From Leucoraja ocellata (lineage: Eukaryota): a stretch of 64,000 nt of DNA. Of this stretch, positions 1-12,764 are shown in pieces. The notes under the pieces were generated by a model. The model saw only the letters and a list, made by a program, of their open reading frames with translations. It was not told the origin of the DNA and ran no database searches. Position numbers and translations under genes: made by a program. The stretch covers positions 2,666,001 to 2,730,000 of the forward strand of contig JAWMAR010000243.1 of the NCBI GenBank assembly GCA_036785375.1, in the 5' to 3' direction. How positions within the stretch are numbered: the first letter of the stretch is position 1; every line of letters begins with the position of its first letter.

Positions 1-276
1 CATGAAGGTGATGATGCCCAGCTCCATCTAACCATGCAGCTCCAGACTCAAGTGATTAATTGTCGTATGTACTGGCAATGGAACAATTAAATTCTTATTT
101 GTTCTGGCCTCACAGACCCATTAACGTAATAGCACAGAAATAAATATATAATAACCAATGAAACCAGAAATCCTTAACCATAACACTAGGTAATTATAAC
201 ACTGAAATTGGCAGTGTAACCAAAGTCACAGTCCACTGAAGAGCATAGTCACTGAGGTCACAGAGTACTGGAGTTA

Positions 277-484
277 TGCCCCTGTCCCACTTAGGAAACC
301 TGAACGGAAACCTCTGGAGACTTTGCGCCCCACCCAAGGTTTCCGTGCGGTGAGGTTGCCGGTGGTTGCCGGAGGTAGCAGGTAGGGAGACTGACAAAAA
401 CCTCCGGGAACCGCACGGAAACATTGGGTGGGGCGCAAAGTCTCCAGAGGTTTCCGTTCAGGTTTCCTAAGTGGGACAGGGGCA
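277..484. mobile_element. Palindromic PIF/Harbinger-type MITE
   Basis: ~75-bp near-perfect inverted arms starting TGCCCCTGTCCCACTTAGG / ending CCTAAGTGGGACAGGGGCA; flanked by TTA and TAA. Confidence 0.8.
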
Positions 485-648
485 TAACTCAACAGATCTG
501 CATCTGCAGATCCATGTGTCTACATAGTTACTGAGGTAGTTGGTAATGTTGTGCAATGTTCAAGATCCTGGTTGCTGGGAAGAAGCTGTTCTTGAACCTG
601 GGTGTCGTGGTTTTCACACTCCCATACTTTTTTTCCTGATGGTAGCAG

Positions 649-1985
649 TTTATTTTATTTAGCGAATGCAAAGTCCTTTAGCCAAGCAGTTGCCTCTTGA
701 TTTGCTGTATGAAGGGCGACAAGTCCTCCTTTGAGTCTTTGTTGAGGGCATGCTTCAATGATGTGTTGCATTGTTTGCTGCTCTCCACAAGCACACCGTG
801 GGGTTGGACTGCTGCCCCATTTGTGAAGGCTGGCCAAGCAGGGCCCATGTCCAGTCCTGAATCTATTCAGCGTCGTCCACTGCTTCCTTGGGAGATTGGT
901 GCCAGGGACCGGTAGGGTGGGGTCTGACACCAGATGTTTATTTGGGACGTCCTTGGACTCCCATTCCTTTTTCCAAGCTGATTGGATGGTGAAATCAGCT
1001 GGTGGTGGGTTCTTCCAAATTGGTCATCTAGATGGAAGTCGAGCAGTGGGTGGGTTGAAGATGTCCATGTGAATTGGCAGGTGAGGGGAGTTTTTGGTCT
1101 TTTGGAGCATCCTTTGAGTGAGGACTACTCGCCGGATGTGTGGAGGGGCTTGGTTGCATAGGACAGGGAGCCAGGGGAGTGGTGTTGAGCGGATTGTTCC
1201 TGTGATGATCCTCATTGTTGAGTTCAATTGGGTGTCCACATGGTGTGTGTGGGATGACCTGGACCAAACGGGCACAATATTCGGCTGAAGAAAATGCAAG
1301 GGCTAGTGCTGAAATGCGCAGTGTGGGGGCTGCTGCCCCCACTTTGAGCCAGCAAGCTTACTGAGGAGATTGTTTCTGGACTTCACCTTAGCTGCTGTTC
1401 TTTTGAGATGTTCCTTGAAGGATAGGGTCCTGTCAAGGGTCACTCCGAGGTAGGTTGGAGTGGGGGCCTACTTCAGTTTGGTCCTTCTCAGATAGATGTT
1501 TGGTTCTCTTGTGGCTTCTGCATCATGGAGGTGGAATACACTGGAGACCGTTTTTTCTGGGCTTGGTTTTAGGCGCCAGGTTTTGCAGTACTTGTCCAGT
1601 TTAGCAAGGTCTTCATTGAGCACCTGTTCCAATGTACCAAAATCTGGTGCTTGGAAGGCCAAACAGATGTCATCTGCATAGATGAATTTGTGGGATTTGG
1701 TGGTGGGTAGGTCATTTGTGTAAAGGTTGAACAGGGTTGGGGCTATAACTGACCCTTGCGGGAGCCCATTCTTCTGCGTTCTCCATGCACTCTTGTTCTG
1801 ACCAAGGTGAACTCTGAACCTGCGATTGGAGAGCAGAGATTTGATGGTTTCTGATGCCCAGGCAGGGAGTGCTTTGGTGAGTTTTAGGAGGAGGCCTTTG
1901 TGCCACACAGTGTCATAGGCTGCGGTGAGATCAAGGAACACTGCCCCGGTCTTCAGTTTGTTCTCGAAGCCGTTTTCAATGCAGG
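649..1985 (-). mobile_element. 5'-truncated Vingi/Ingi-like (I-group) non-LTR retrotransposon, degenerate RT plus C-terminal Cys/His knuckle
   Basis: RT motifs AVFLDLTAAYDTVW, GLPQGS, YADD, YLGV; then WGAAAPTLRISALAL, LNRFRTGHG, CACG..H..C with no RNase H; two in-frame stops and one frameshift; TAAA-type tail; TSD TGGTAGCAG at 640-648 and 1986-1994. Confidence 0.88.
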
Positions 1986-2644
1986 TGGTAGCAGAGAGAT
2001 GAGGATATGGCCTCATATGCCAAGATGAGGAGATGAGGGTGGTGTGGGTCTTTGATAATATTAGCTGAGGCATCACTTCCTCTAGTTCCCTTCAGTGATG
2101 TGGAGGGTCTGTAACCTGTGATGGACCAGGCAGTGCTTGTTATTCTTTACAGCCTCCGTTGTTCCTGGGTGTCCACGTTGACAAGCCTGTCAGGAACTTT
2201 ACAACCATTAGTGTGGACTCTTGACCACCTGTGCCAATATTGAGGGGAAGATTGTTCTTTATTGATATGGTTAACTCACAATGTAAGAGTGTTTCCTTGA
2301 CCGTGAAAGGTCAAAGCTTTATGTTGCACTTCTAACTGCATGGAGGAAGTATGCAACTATCTTTTTATGAGTGAAGAACCTAGCTAGCATTCACCGCACT
2401 GTTATTATTTGGGGGGCAGATCTTAGCCTGAGGCAGCAGCCTGGAATCAACATCTATAATTGCCTGAGTCTGTAAATTCCTTATCTGGATGTGTACAGCT
2501 TATCTGACTGGACCTCTGCTTCCTGTAGTTTAGCAGCGTGTTATCAGTGGTGACAGGCCCTATGGTGGTAGAAAATGTTGGCATGCCCCATGAAATGTAG
2601 CTGACAGCTGGCAAAGCAGGTTTTGCAGCTGTGGATCAGAGGGC

Positions 2645-3055
2645 CTGAGCAAAAGGGAGAGTCTGGGCAGGCTGGGACTTTATTCCTTGTAGTGCAGCCA
2701 GACTGAGAGGTGATCTAATAGAAGTGTATACAATCGCGAGGGGAATAGATAGGATAAATGCTAAGTCTATTTCACAGAATAGGGAAATCAAGAACCAGAA
2801 GATACAGGCTTAAGGTGAGAGGGAAAAATGTTAATTGGAGCCTGAGGGGAAACCTTTTCATAGAGTGGTATATGGAACAAGCCACCGGAGGATGTAATTG
2901 AGACGGGTACAATAACAACACTCAAAGGGTTTTGACAGGTACGTGGATAGGAACCGCTTAGAGGGAGATGGCCGGCATATGTGCCCAGTTGAGATGGGAC
3001 ATCTTAGTTGGCATGGACAAGTTGGGCCAACGGCCTGTTTATTTCCATGTTGCAT
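2645..3055 (+). mobile_element. CR1 (HER1-like) LINE 3' fragment
   Basis: Degenerate LRGDLIEVY..GIDR coding remnant and 3' UTR (gcatggacaagttgggcc..ggcctgttt) recurring many times in the window. Confidence 0.8.
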
Positions 3056-3310
3056 ATTTGATTATTTTTTTTAATCATGGAAGCTCAGAGAGAATCAAAA
3101 TTGAATGAAAATAATCAACAAAATAAAGTTAACTAAAAACATTTTAAAATAATTTAGGAAGTATGAATGATTACAAATATTTTTTAAATAAATATCTAGT
3201 CCTTCCTGTATACCTACAAGTTCTTCGCCCTATAATCCCCATTGAAATCCTTGAGCCTTGGGTTGTATACGATAGACAAAGTGTGTGGACAGAGTTGGCC
3301 TTTTGATTCT

Positions 3311-3870
3311 CTAGACAAATGAGCAGGTGCACTTTGGGAAGTCAAATTCTAATAGGAAATTTAGAGAACTGGCAGGCACCTGAGGAGTGTGGATGCACAG
3401 ACTGTGCTTGGGTACAAATCCATAGCTTCCTGTAAATGGTGACACAGGTGGACAGTTTTTGGATAGAAGGCACTTGACAGGTGTGCCTTTGCAGCCTGGG
3501 GAATTGAATATAAGTGTTGGGACATCGTGGTGCAGTTGTACAAAACAGAAGTTAGACCGCACTTGTATTGTCTACATTTCTACTAGCCTCAGTACAGGAC
3601 GGATGTGGTAGCAACAGAGAGATGGCAGAAGAGAATCACCAGGACGTTGCCTGGAATAGAAGGCTCTAGTTATACGGGGAGACTGCATGAGCTGGGTTTA
3701 CTCTCACTGGAACGTGGGAGGATGAGGGGTGTTTTTATCGGGGTTTATAAAATGATGAGGGGCTTGGATAATATCGATAGTCGGTCTTGTTCCCAGGTCA
3801 GGGGAATCTCGAAATAGAGGGCATTGGTTTAATGTGAGAGGGGAGAAATGTAAAGAAAATGTGAGGGGTG
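3311..3870 (+). mobile_element. CR1 LINE ORF2 C-terminal fragment, interrupted by LTR element; CR1 tail resumes near 5589-5667
   Basis: ORF 3605..3817 resembles CR1 (QKRITRTLPG..SY..RL..LGL.SLE..RMRG..I.VYKMMRG). Confidence 0.85.
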
Positions 3871-3880
3871 AGGTGATGTC

Positions 3881-5585
3881 TGTGATGTCTTTGCAATCAA
3901 TGTAACAGAAACTCGTGCATGAGCCTCGTGACTGAGGTCAAGTGACCTTCAAGATAAAAGGCAGTGATTGCAGAATAAACGGGCTGTTGCTCTGGAACAC
4001 AAACCCGGTGTGGACCTGTCCTTTGTGCTAGTCACAACAGAGCCTTACCTCAGACGAGAATACCTTTACATGGTGTCAGAAGTAAACAAAGAAAAAAGGG
4101 AAAGAAGTCGAGGAGAGCAAGCCTCAAGCCTCCATGGAAGAGAAGTAGTAGAGGAAGGTTCAAACAGGACAGTGGAGCCACTACCGGCGTCGAACAAGAC
4201 CGACGAAACAGAGTGAGCTCGGCCGGAAGAAGTGTCAGCCCGGTCGTGAAAGCCCCGACGCAGGGGAACGAGGTAAAGAGGAAGGTCAGCAGGCAACCGG
4301 TATCGGAGGTCTGGAGTGGCCAGCGGTGGAGAGAGGTGCAGCCCCGACGCAGGGGAGAGAGGTGCAGCCCCAACGAGAGGTGCAGTCCCGACGCAGGGGA
4401 GCGAGGTGCAGCCCTGACGAGAGGTGCAGTCCCGACGCAGGGGAGAGAGGTGCAGTCCAGACGCAGGGGAGAGAGGTGCAGTCCCGACGCAGGGGAACGG
4501 TCCCGAAAAGCAGTGGGACCGGCCCCGGGAAAAAAATAAAAGCGAGGTGCAGTCCCGACGGGAGAAGCCGCGACCGGCATGGCAGCAACCAGGTGAGCCC
4601 GAGAGCCAACGGTGAGCAGAGAAGCGGGACCTGCAGAGAGGTGCAGTCCCAACAGAAGAAGCGGAGAGCACAGACACAGGTGGAAGTGCTGGAGAAGTGC
4701 TGTAAAATAAATTATATTGAAATGCTGTAAGAAATGGGTCTCTCCCAATTGGGTTTTGTTAACCTGATATATACTGCCTCGGTATTGTTGCTCTTTTCCA
4801 CAGATATATACTGCCTCGGTTCTTTTGGACGTAAACATAATACAGAACCGTGTAATTATTTGGCTCTTTTCGACAGAAATACACTGCACTTGGTACTGTT
4901 GTGATAAAATGAACATTCTTTCCAGGAGAAAGGGGGAATGTAGAACAAATGTAAGAATACTATAGAACGGGGTTCTATTAGTTATTAGTGTTCAGTCTGC
5001 ACAGGTGATTCGGGTGTACTAATTGGGGGGCAATCAACGTTTTGTCTTGAACATGCAGTTCATTATCTTTTCTCTTCTCCCTCATCGAGGCCAAACTAAG
5101 TTTGTGTCTGTTAATTGTGTTTTCAATAGCTGCAGGTGATTACCGCAGTTCATTATCTCTTCTCTTCTCCCTCATCGAGGTGATCAACCAAACTAAGTAT
5201 GAGTCTGGTTGATGGAATAAAAGGGGAACCCCGTGTAGCAGTGTGTAAAAAAGAAAACCCTGGATAGCCATGGATGGACCATCAGTAGTCATAGACGCCC
5301 AGATGGGAGAAACCTGGAGAGAGGAGCCCGTCTTCCAAAATCCAGCAGTAGTCTCCCAGAAGGGTCTTTAAGTAGGAGAAACAAAGTCAGAGGAGCCAGT
5401 CTCCCAGGGGTGAGAAATGGCCAGAGGAGCCCGTCTCCTAGATGCCAGAATAAGTCCCCAGAAGCCTAGCTAGACGAGAGGTGGGAGCCAGTCTCCCAGT
5501 TGCAGCAGAAGGCAATTGGGAGAGGCCCTTTGCTAGAGTGCAAGATTAAAGTGGACATCAGGGGAGTTGATAAACAAAGAGGGGG
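3881..5585 (+). mobile_element. Non-autonomous Gypsy-like LTR element(s): LTR, PBS, internal tandem repeats, PPT, second LTR-like segment
   Basis: TG..TTTACA segment 3881-4070 with AATAAA 3974-3979, followed by TGGTGTCAGAAGT (4071-4083, complementary to tRNA-Leu 3' end); polypurine tract 4924-4938 followed by TGTA; no gag/pol recognisable. Right boundary uncertain. Confidence 0.7.
4330..4500 (+). repeat. GC-rich minisatellite inside the LTR element
   Basis: Mixed ~26-bp (GAGAGGTGCAGTCCCGACGCAGGGGA) and ~18-bp units; outlying copies near 4250, 4545, 4637. Confidence 0.9.
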
Positions 5586-8475
5586 TGGTGGGATTAGTAC
5601 AGATTGCTATCAGGATCGGTATGGATGAAATAGGCAGAAGGTCCTGACTATGTACTGTGTTTCTATGCCAACGTCAGGGTTGTATTGCTGTTTCAAATGA
5701 TGAAATCAAATGATTTCAATTGGAATATTTGTCAATTACCACCCAGATCTAGTACAGGGATTATTTTTTTTTAAACTGAAATTAAACCGAACAGAAAATG
5801 TTGAAAACACTCATCAGACTGGACAGCATCTGTGGAGAGAGAAATAGAGTTAACGTTTCATGCAGAAAATGTTTGCCAAAACTGGAGAAATGTAAACAGT
5901 TTACTTTTAAGTAGTAGATAGAATGGTGGTGGAATGGATAGAATGAAGGGATCATCTTCGATGGGCTGGGGCCAGGGTTGTTGTTGATGAGGACAGTTGG
6001 CTAAATGATTGTACCCTGCAGAAGTCTTGAATGTAATCATGTATAGTCTTCCCGCTGACTGGTTAGCACACATCAAAACGCTTTTCACTGTAACTCGGTA
6101 CACGTGATAATAAACGAAAGTAAAACTAAGATTAATACTAGCCGTGAGAGAGAGAGAAATGGATAGAGGAATGTAAAGCCTGTGAAATGCAGAACAGAGC
6201 GGTGGGGAGAGGTGCAACCGTTTACGCTGTGACTGCAGGGATTATTTTCATGACCACAATTGTTCATGTTTGGTCCTGTCAAAAATAGGTCTTGCAAGCT
6301 ATTTAAAATGAACATACTTTGCACAGGCCATACTGTTTTATGGATAATGCAATGTGTTTCCCTTTAAGATCAATGCACCACTTTGTGGTTTCATTAAAAC
6401 AAAATTGAGTTTACAACAGTGGGCGTGTTTGTGTACCCAAACATTATCCTATTCTAAATTAGAGTTTTAAGATATATTCAGCTCTTTCCTATTTATTTGT
6501 TATTGTGTGGTTTGAATATTGGAGGCAAGACCAACATTTATCGCCCTTCTCTTGTGCTCGTAGATAATGGCGAAACAGTCAGTCTGGTGGTAGCATTTCC
6601 ACAAAGGCTATTTGGGTGTGGTTTACAGGATCTTGGCTTGGGATTGATGAAGAAATGGCAATATAATTACAGCTGGCGAGAAACTTACGAGGTGAATTTG
6701 TAGGAACAAATCTTAGAGTCTGAACAGGGACCCAAAACATCACCTATCCATGTTCTCCAGTGATAAGGCCTGACCCCCCCCCCCCACCCCCCCCTCGAGT
6801 TACTTGAGCATTCTCTAAGGTGAATTTGTAATTGATTGACTTTCCTTGTGCCAGCTGCCTTTGTTCTTATGGATGATAATGATTTTAAGTTTAGGAAATA
6901 GATGGAGAAAATCCTAGTGAGTTCCTCCAGTGCATGTATAGGTGGTAAGCATGGCAGTCATAGTGTGCCGCAGGTCCATTGGGCGAATATGAGGCATAGT
7001 GGGATTATGCAGTTCAAGGAATGTACCATGTACTGAGTAAGAAAATTGGCACTTAAAAAATATGTGGACAGGTACATGGATAGGGAAGGTTTAGAGGGAT
7101 AGAGGCCAAACAAGGGCAAATGGGACTAGCTGTGATGGATCACCTTGGTTAGCATGGACAAGTTGGACCTCGTGGCCCGTTTCTGTGCTGAATGATTCTA
7201 TGACTCGATAGTGTTGATCTGCTTGAGTGCTGTTAAAAGTTGCACTCAAACAAGTGAATGGAGGGCATTCTACTGCACTGCTGACTCGAGCCTTGTGAAT
7301 GATTGAAACTTTGGGGAGCCAGGAAGTGAGGCATTTGCTCTTGTATTGAAAGTCTGTATGTAACTGGTGCAATTAAGTTTTTGATCAATGTGCTATTTAC
7401 GTGAGATTTGCCATAATTGTTACCACAATATTTTTTTCCTTGTTGGTTTCTGTTAAAAATACTATTGATTTGAATGTATTTGCTGTGTTCTGCCACATTT
7501 GTATACCTTGACATCAATTACACATTGTGTGAATGGAATGTTTCTTTGGTAATTTCCAGTGCTTTTTTGTTTGTAGACGAAAAGGTGCTGGTATGCACAT
7601 CAATTAAAAATGGTTACATTTATCAACAACTTTTCCCAAAGAACCTATGGTGAAGGAACTGTCATTTTGGGCTGGAGAGGAGGTTTGCTGGAGAATAAGA
7701 AACGGAAAATGGATATCAGTGTACTTTGTTCTGAAAGGCCAGATGTACTGAGCTGTTGCTGCAGGGTCTTCAAACCTTAACAGGACATATAAATAACCAG
7801 GATGAAATCAATGAAGATACCGTTCTAAATGTGTTCATGACACAAAGATAAGGTGAACACTCAATCTTATTCCTAGGGTAGAGGGCACTGGAACTAGAGG
7901 GCATACGCTTAAAATGAGAGGGGAGAAAAATTTAAGAGGGACTGCAGGGGAAACAATTTCCACTTGGAGGGTTGTCCATAGCTGGAATGAGCTGCTTTAG
8001 AAGCTGATACAATTACGGCTTTTATAGGACATTTGGACAGATATATGGATAGCAAAAGTTTAGAGGGATATGGACCAAATGCAGGTAAATGAGAGTAACC
8101 CAGTATGCCAACTTGGTCAGCATGCTCAAGATGGACTGAAGGGTCTCTTACTATGCTGTACAGTACTATGACTTTATAGGTAGGGAAGCACATTCTAAAG
8201 ATGACGATAAAGAAATTACAGAGGGTTATGGAATGGCTTATTGAATAGGCAAAGAGCAGGCAAATGAGTATATAATTGAAAATGGGAAATTATCTATTTT
8301 AACAAGGGGGAAAAAAATGTGTTATCCAGAAATGGTAAGAGCATGCAGAACTATGATATGCACAGAGGTGTGGGCTACCTATTGCATTGTTCGCAAAAGG
8401 CATTAATGAGCAGATACTGCAGTCAATAGGGCTGCTTGCAGAACATTATTGTTCATTGAATGAATACAAAAATAA

Positions 8476-8990
8476 GGGGGGGGGGTATGGGGAAGGGTGT
8501 TGGTCGCCACAGACGCAGCTCACACTCTGCTCACCCCGCACCTTCAGCTTTTGGCCTCATGCAGTAGCTCCTGGTCCCACTCAGAGACCTGCGTTTCAAC
8601 TCAACGGCCCCCGGCACATCGTGCTGGTCGCCGCAGAAGCAGCCCGCACGCTGCTCCCCACTCGCACGCTGGTCCCCTCCCGCAGGCTGCTCCCCGCCCG
8701 CACGTTGCTCCCTGCCCACACACTGCTCAACACACTCCACTCCTTCAGCTTTATTCTCCTCGCCGCCGGTAATTGACAGTGGGTGCCGGAACGGGCAGTT
8801 TTTACAATTTTTAAACCTTCATAACTTTTGTACTATTTCACCGGTCAGAACAAAACTTGTTGCACTTGCAGCGCAGGAGAATGGCGAGTAAGGTGGCGAA
8901 AAATCATAGCGCTATCGGGTACCATTTTTGCGCAAATTTAAAAACAACACAAACTGGAAGAGGACAAGATGAGAGTTATAAGTATATAGA
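8476..8990 (-). mobile_element. Non-autonomous Helitron, 5' portion
   Basis: Minus strand begins A|TCTATATACT; first ~190 bp align by eye to the 5' end of the Helitron at 58791; no CTAG 3' end seen. Confidence 0.6.
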
Positions 8991-11900
8991 TGGATTAGTT
9001 TATTTTGAGATTAGTTTATCTTGGCATTATGTTTGGCATGGACATTGAGGGCTGAAGGGCCTATTCCTATATTCTGTGATAATTCCAATGTTCCTTCAGC
9101 AGTAAAATCAGTAATCGGGGGACATAGATTTAAGGTGATAGAAAAATTAGAGATAATTAGAAAAATGAGAGGTTAAGAAAATGCCCAAGGATATTGGTGT
9201 TTGAACTTTGTGGCCGAGCAGGTTGATTGATGCAAAAACTCTCACCAGCTTTTAAAAATGCACCAGCTGAACATCTTGGAGTAGTTTGTTGCATTTACAT
9301 TTTATTTCTGTTATGTGCAATACTTAATAACGTTCCTGTTTATAAAGGCGCCTGGTCTAGAGTTTTTATTGTTTTTCAGGCACGACTGGAAAATTTTATT
9401 CATCAGTGAATTAAGTGATTTTCCAGCTATAGCAAGCAGAAATACAAAAAAAAATCAGACAGCTTCCATATATGCGATAGATGATATCTTTATGTGCCTC
9501 TACATGTAGCTGATTTTTGTTTGTAGCATTTATGGCTTTTTGTGTCCACGCACTGGGTCTTAAATGTTATTTTTATGATGTTCTTCATGCTGAAATACTT
9601 CAGTGTTTTATGGAAAGAAATCTTAACTCAGAATTGCCTCTTTGTAATATATCATCTTATTGAATTTAAGATTAAATTTCTCTTTCTAAAGTCTTTCCAA
9701 CAATCACAACAGCTTCATTTCTCACATGGCAGCAGTATCTCTTGCCTTTAATCACAGCATGTGGTTATGATGAGTACTTGCTCGAGCAGTGTGTGCATGG
9801 CACTCCAATGCCCTCAATGTTTGGACAAAGTTATTGTGATAACAACAAATCAGACTATTAATAGTGCTGAGCATTTGACACCAAGTTGTGTCTTTGAACG
9901 ATTGATTGTCAAGAATGTTTAATTGTCACATGTACTGACAATAGGATAACGAAACTCTTACCTACAGCAGCTTAAACAGCCCAAATAAATATGTAATGAT
10001 CTATAAGACAATAAATTATTTGCCAGTAATCGGTCCTTGATTGATGTTAATGGTTCATGGAAAGGTTCAGCCATTTTGGATGTTATTTGATGAAGTAGAC
10101 AAAGTACATTTTAAAAGTTTATATAATGTTGTTCATACCAATTATATCCATTACTGTTTTAGACCCAATTTAATAATTAAAAAGAGTTCATATTAAAATT
10201 AATTGTAAAAAAAGGAGAGAGTTTTTAATGGCTAAGTTGTATCATTGTTTATTTGAAAGAGCGTTTTGCTGAATAATAGCTTCAGGTAGGTTTCCTTACT
10301 CCAGTGTTGTCCTGACTGGTTTCAAATCTACCGTCCAGTCCAATATATTCCAACTACTGTTGTGCAGAATAAATCCCGCTCATCATCTCTCCCTCTCGTG
10401 TGTACTGTTTTATTTCAGAAGTATCTTTAAGCAGAGTGAATCATTCTATTTATTAAAGGAGCAAAATACAAACTGCTGGAGGAACTCAGTGGATCAGGCA
10501 GCACTTGTGGAGGGAATGGACGGATTATGTTTCTGGTCATTCATACTTCTACTGACACATCTATGTATAAATTGAGTTTGTAACAATGCCATCAGCATTT
10601 TAATTTGGAGATTGGTACAAAAATGGATTTAGTTGCTAAAGCTAATTTATCCCAGCACCAAGATGGAGATCCAGGTGTTTTCCAGGTGGTAATCGGGTCG
10701 GATAACCAGATATTTCCTTACTGTGACGTTGGTTCAGTTCCTCTGATTGAAGCTGTAACCATGTACTCAATGATTAAATTAGATAACTAGGTATATGCTG
10801 TGAGAGACTGCTACTATTCTTGCTTCACAAGTTGAGGGTGGAAATGAGTTTCAACAAGGGCCATCTAAACATCATTGACTTTGCAACGCTGAGTTCCTCC
10901 ACCACCAACATCCTGACGGTGCCCTCTATCGAGAAACTGGTCAGGTAGAATCATTGTAGTGGCAATCTGAGTCTAAAACAGTTTATATCTGAATCTTTGC
11001 ATAAACACCCTTGCAACTCTGCTATGTAAGTTGGGGAATGATTTTCCGTGTGTTTATTCACATTTGTACAATCAATTATTGTATTCAAATCATTTGATTA
11101 TGTTCAAATCAATTTACAACTGACTCTAAGAACTTTTTACATTGCATTTATATATCAAGGAAATGTTCTAAGATGCTTCAGATGCCCATGAAGAATATCA
11201 GCCACTATGACAAATCCCACAAAATTACTTTTGCAATGTGTCTTGGAAGGTATTATAATTGTTCATATTTAAAAATACATTTAAAGGACACTTGGGTGGG
11301 TACATGGATAGAAAAGGTTTAGAGGAATATTGTGTAAATGGGGCTACCTGAGGGCATCTTGGTCGGCATGGATGAGTTGGGCTGAAGGGCCTGTTTCGGT
11401 GCAGTATGAGTCTATGACAACTTAGGGAATTCTGCATTGAAGGAAGCCAGGAAGTGAAAGCAGAATTTTCTCTGCAGATTCTTGGTGGCCTTTTGCTTGC
11501 AGTTAAATTACTGCAGCCACAGAAATCGTTCACAGGTTGCCATGCAGGATGAGAAACACAATGGTCCTCTATCAGCAACTTTAATGGCATAAAGACCCGT
11601 CAACCCCAGCGTTGATTGTTTGGACATCGAAATCGAACAATTGGTGTAAAATGTCAATAGAAGTGTAATTTTAAAATAAATGCTTACGGGCAAGGTCGTT
11701 GTGAGACTTCCATGGAAGCAAAGTCTTTGAGTAGTTAGTATGCTGTTTGTCAGCACCATGTACCCGTTAATGGTTTCCTGCAGAGCCTACCACTTCCACT
11801 GTGGGTTGTCACGCACTCTACAAATGGAGAAACTGATGACGCCACACTTTCCATCGCATAGTAAATTGTTACACTAACTGAGATGAGGCTCCATGAAACA

Positions 11901-12764
11901 ATCCCTGACTTATTGCACCACTGGCCATTATATTGTGTGCAGCTTCTTCCAATTAACTAAATTAAATTGTTGGAACTTTCTGAAAATTCCTTTCTTCCTT
12001 TTTTAAAAATCTAAGGAATACTTTGTAAAGCAACCTGAGATAAATTCATGCATGCCTGGCCTTTTTGGAATAAACTAACATAGGCTTTAATGTTTGTCAT
12101 TTTGTTGAATGAAGTAACTGCACTGTGCAACCACAAAAGGGTTTAACTTTGACTCTCAATCTGTCCCCTTCCACCAATATCCCTCCTTCCTGGTTTAACA
12201 TTTCACTCCTCCTTTCTTTATTTGCCACCTTTTTGTCTCTTTTTCACCTCTCGGCTGCGTCATTTACTGTGTCATTTCTCCCTATCTGTCAGTAACCCCC
12301 CCCACCTGTATCCACCTATCACTGCCAGGTCATGACCTGCCCTACTTTTCCAGTTTTCTAGCTCCTACTCTCATCAGACACTAGAAAGGGCCCAACCCCA
12401 AAATGTAGCCAATCCATTGCCTCCACAAATGCTGCCTGATCTGCTATGTTCCTCCTGGACTTTGTGTTTTGCTCACGGTTCCAGCATCTACTGTTCCTTG
12501 TGCCACAATCTGCTCTGAAGTAATTCATAATTAGGAACCGAACTAATAACGGAGGAGGAGAGTAAATGTGAGCTTTCTTCTTGTACACTAGTGACCACAT
12601 TGTTCTATGGCTGCAGTGGGAGAGGGGAGGTGGGGAGGAATCATTCCAGGGTTGGTTCACCAAAATCTGACTGGAATTTTACATAAATTTCTTTGAAACT
12701 AAATACTTTCACAATTTTTTTTTTTTTTTTTTTTTTTAAACAGTGCCTGCAGTGCCTGCAGTGC

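Noticed and set aside
1986-2076. N-terminus of the 202-aa RT ORF
   Set aside because: Lies beyond the TSD in host repeat sequence; a chance extension of a 5'-truncated LINE.
4330-4560. CRISPR-like appearance of the repeat array
   Set aside because: No unique spacers, eukaryotic intron context, no cas genes.
4050-4916. Cluster of long overlapping ORFs (up to 288 aa) on both strands
   Set aside because: Produced by a stop-poor GC-rich minisatellite in an LTR element; repetitive peptides with no domain similarity.
8387-8776. 129-aa ORF
   Set aside because: Low-complexity reading of the GC-rich interior of a Helitron derivative.
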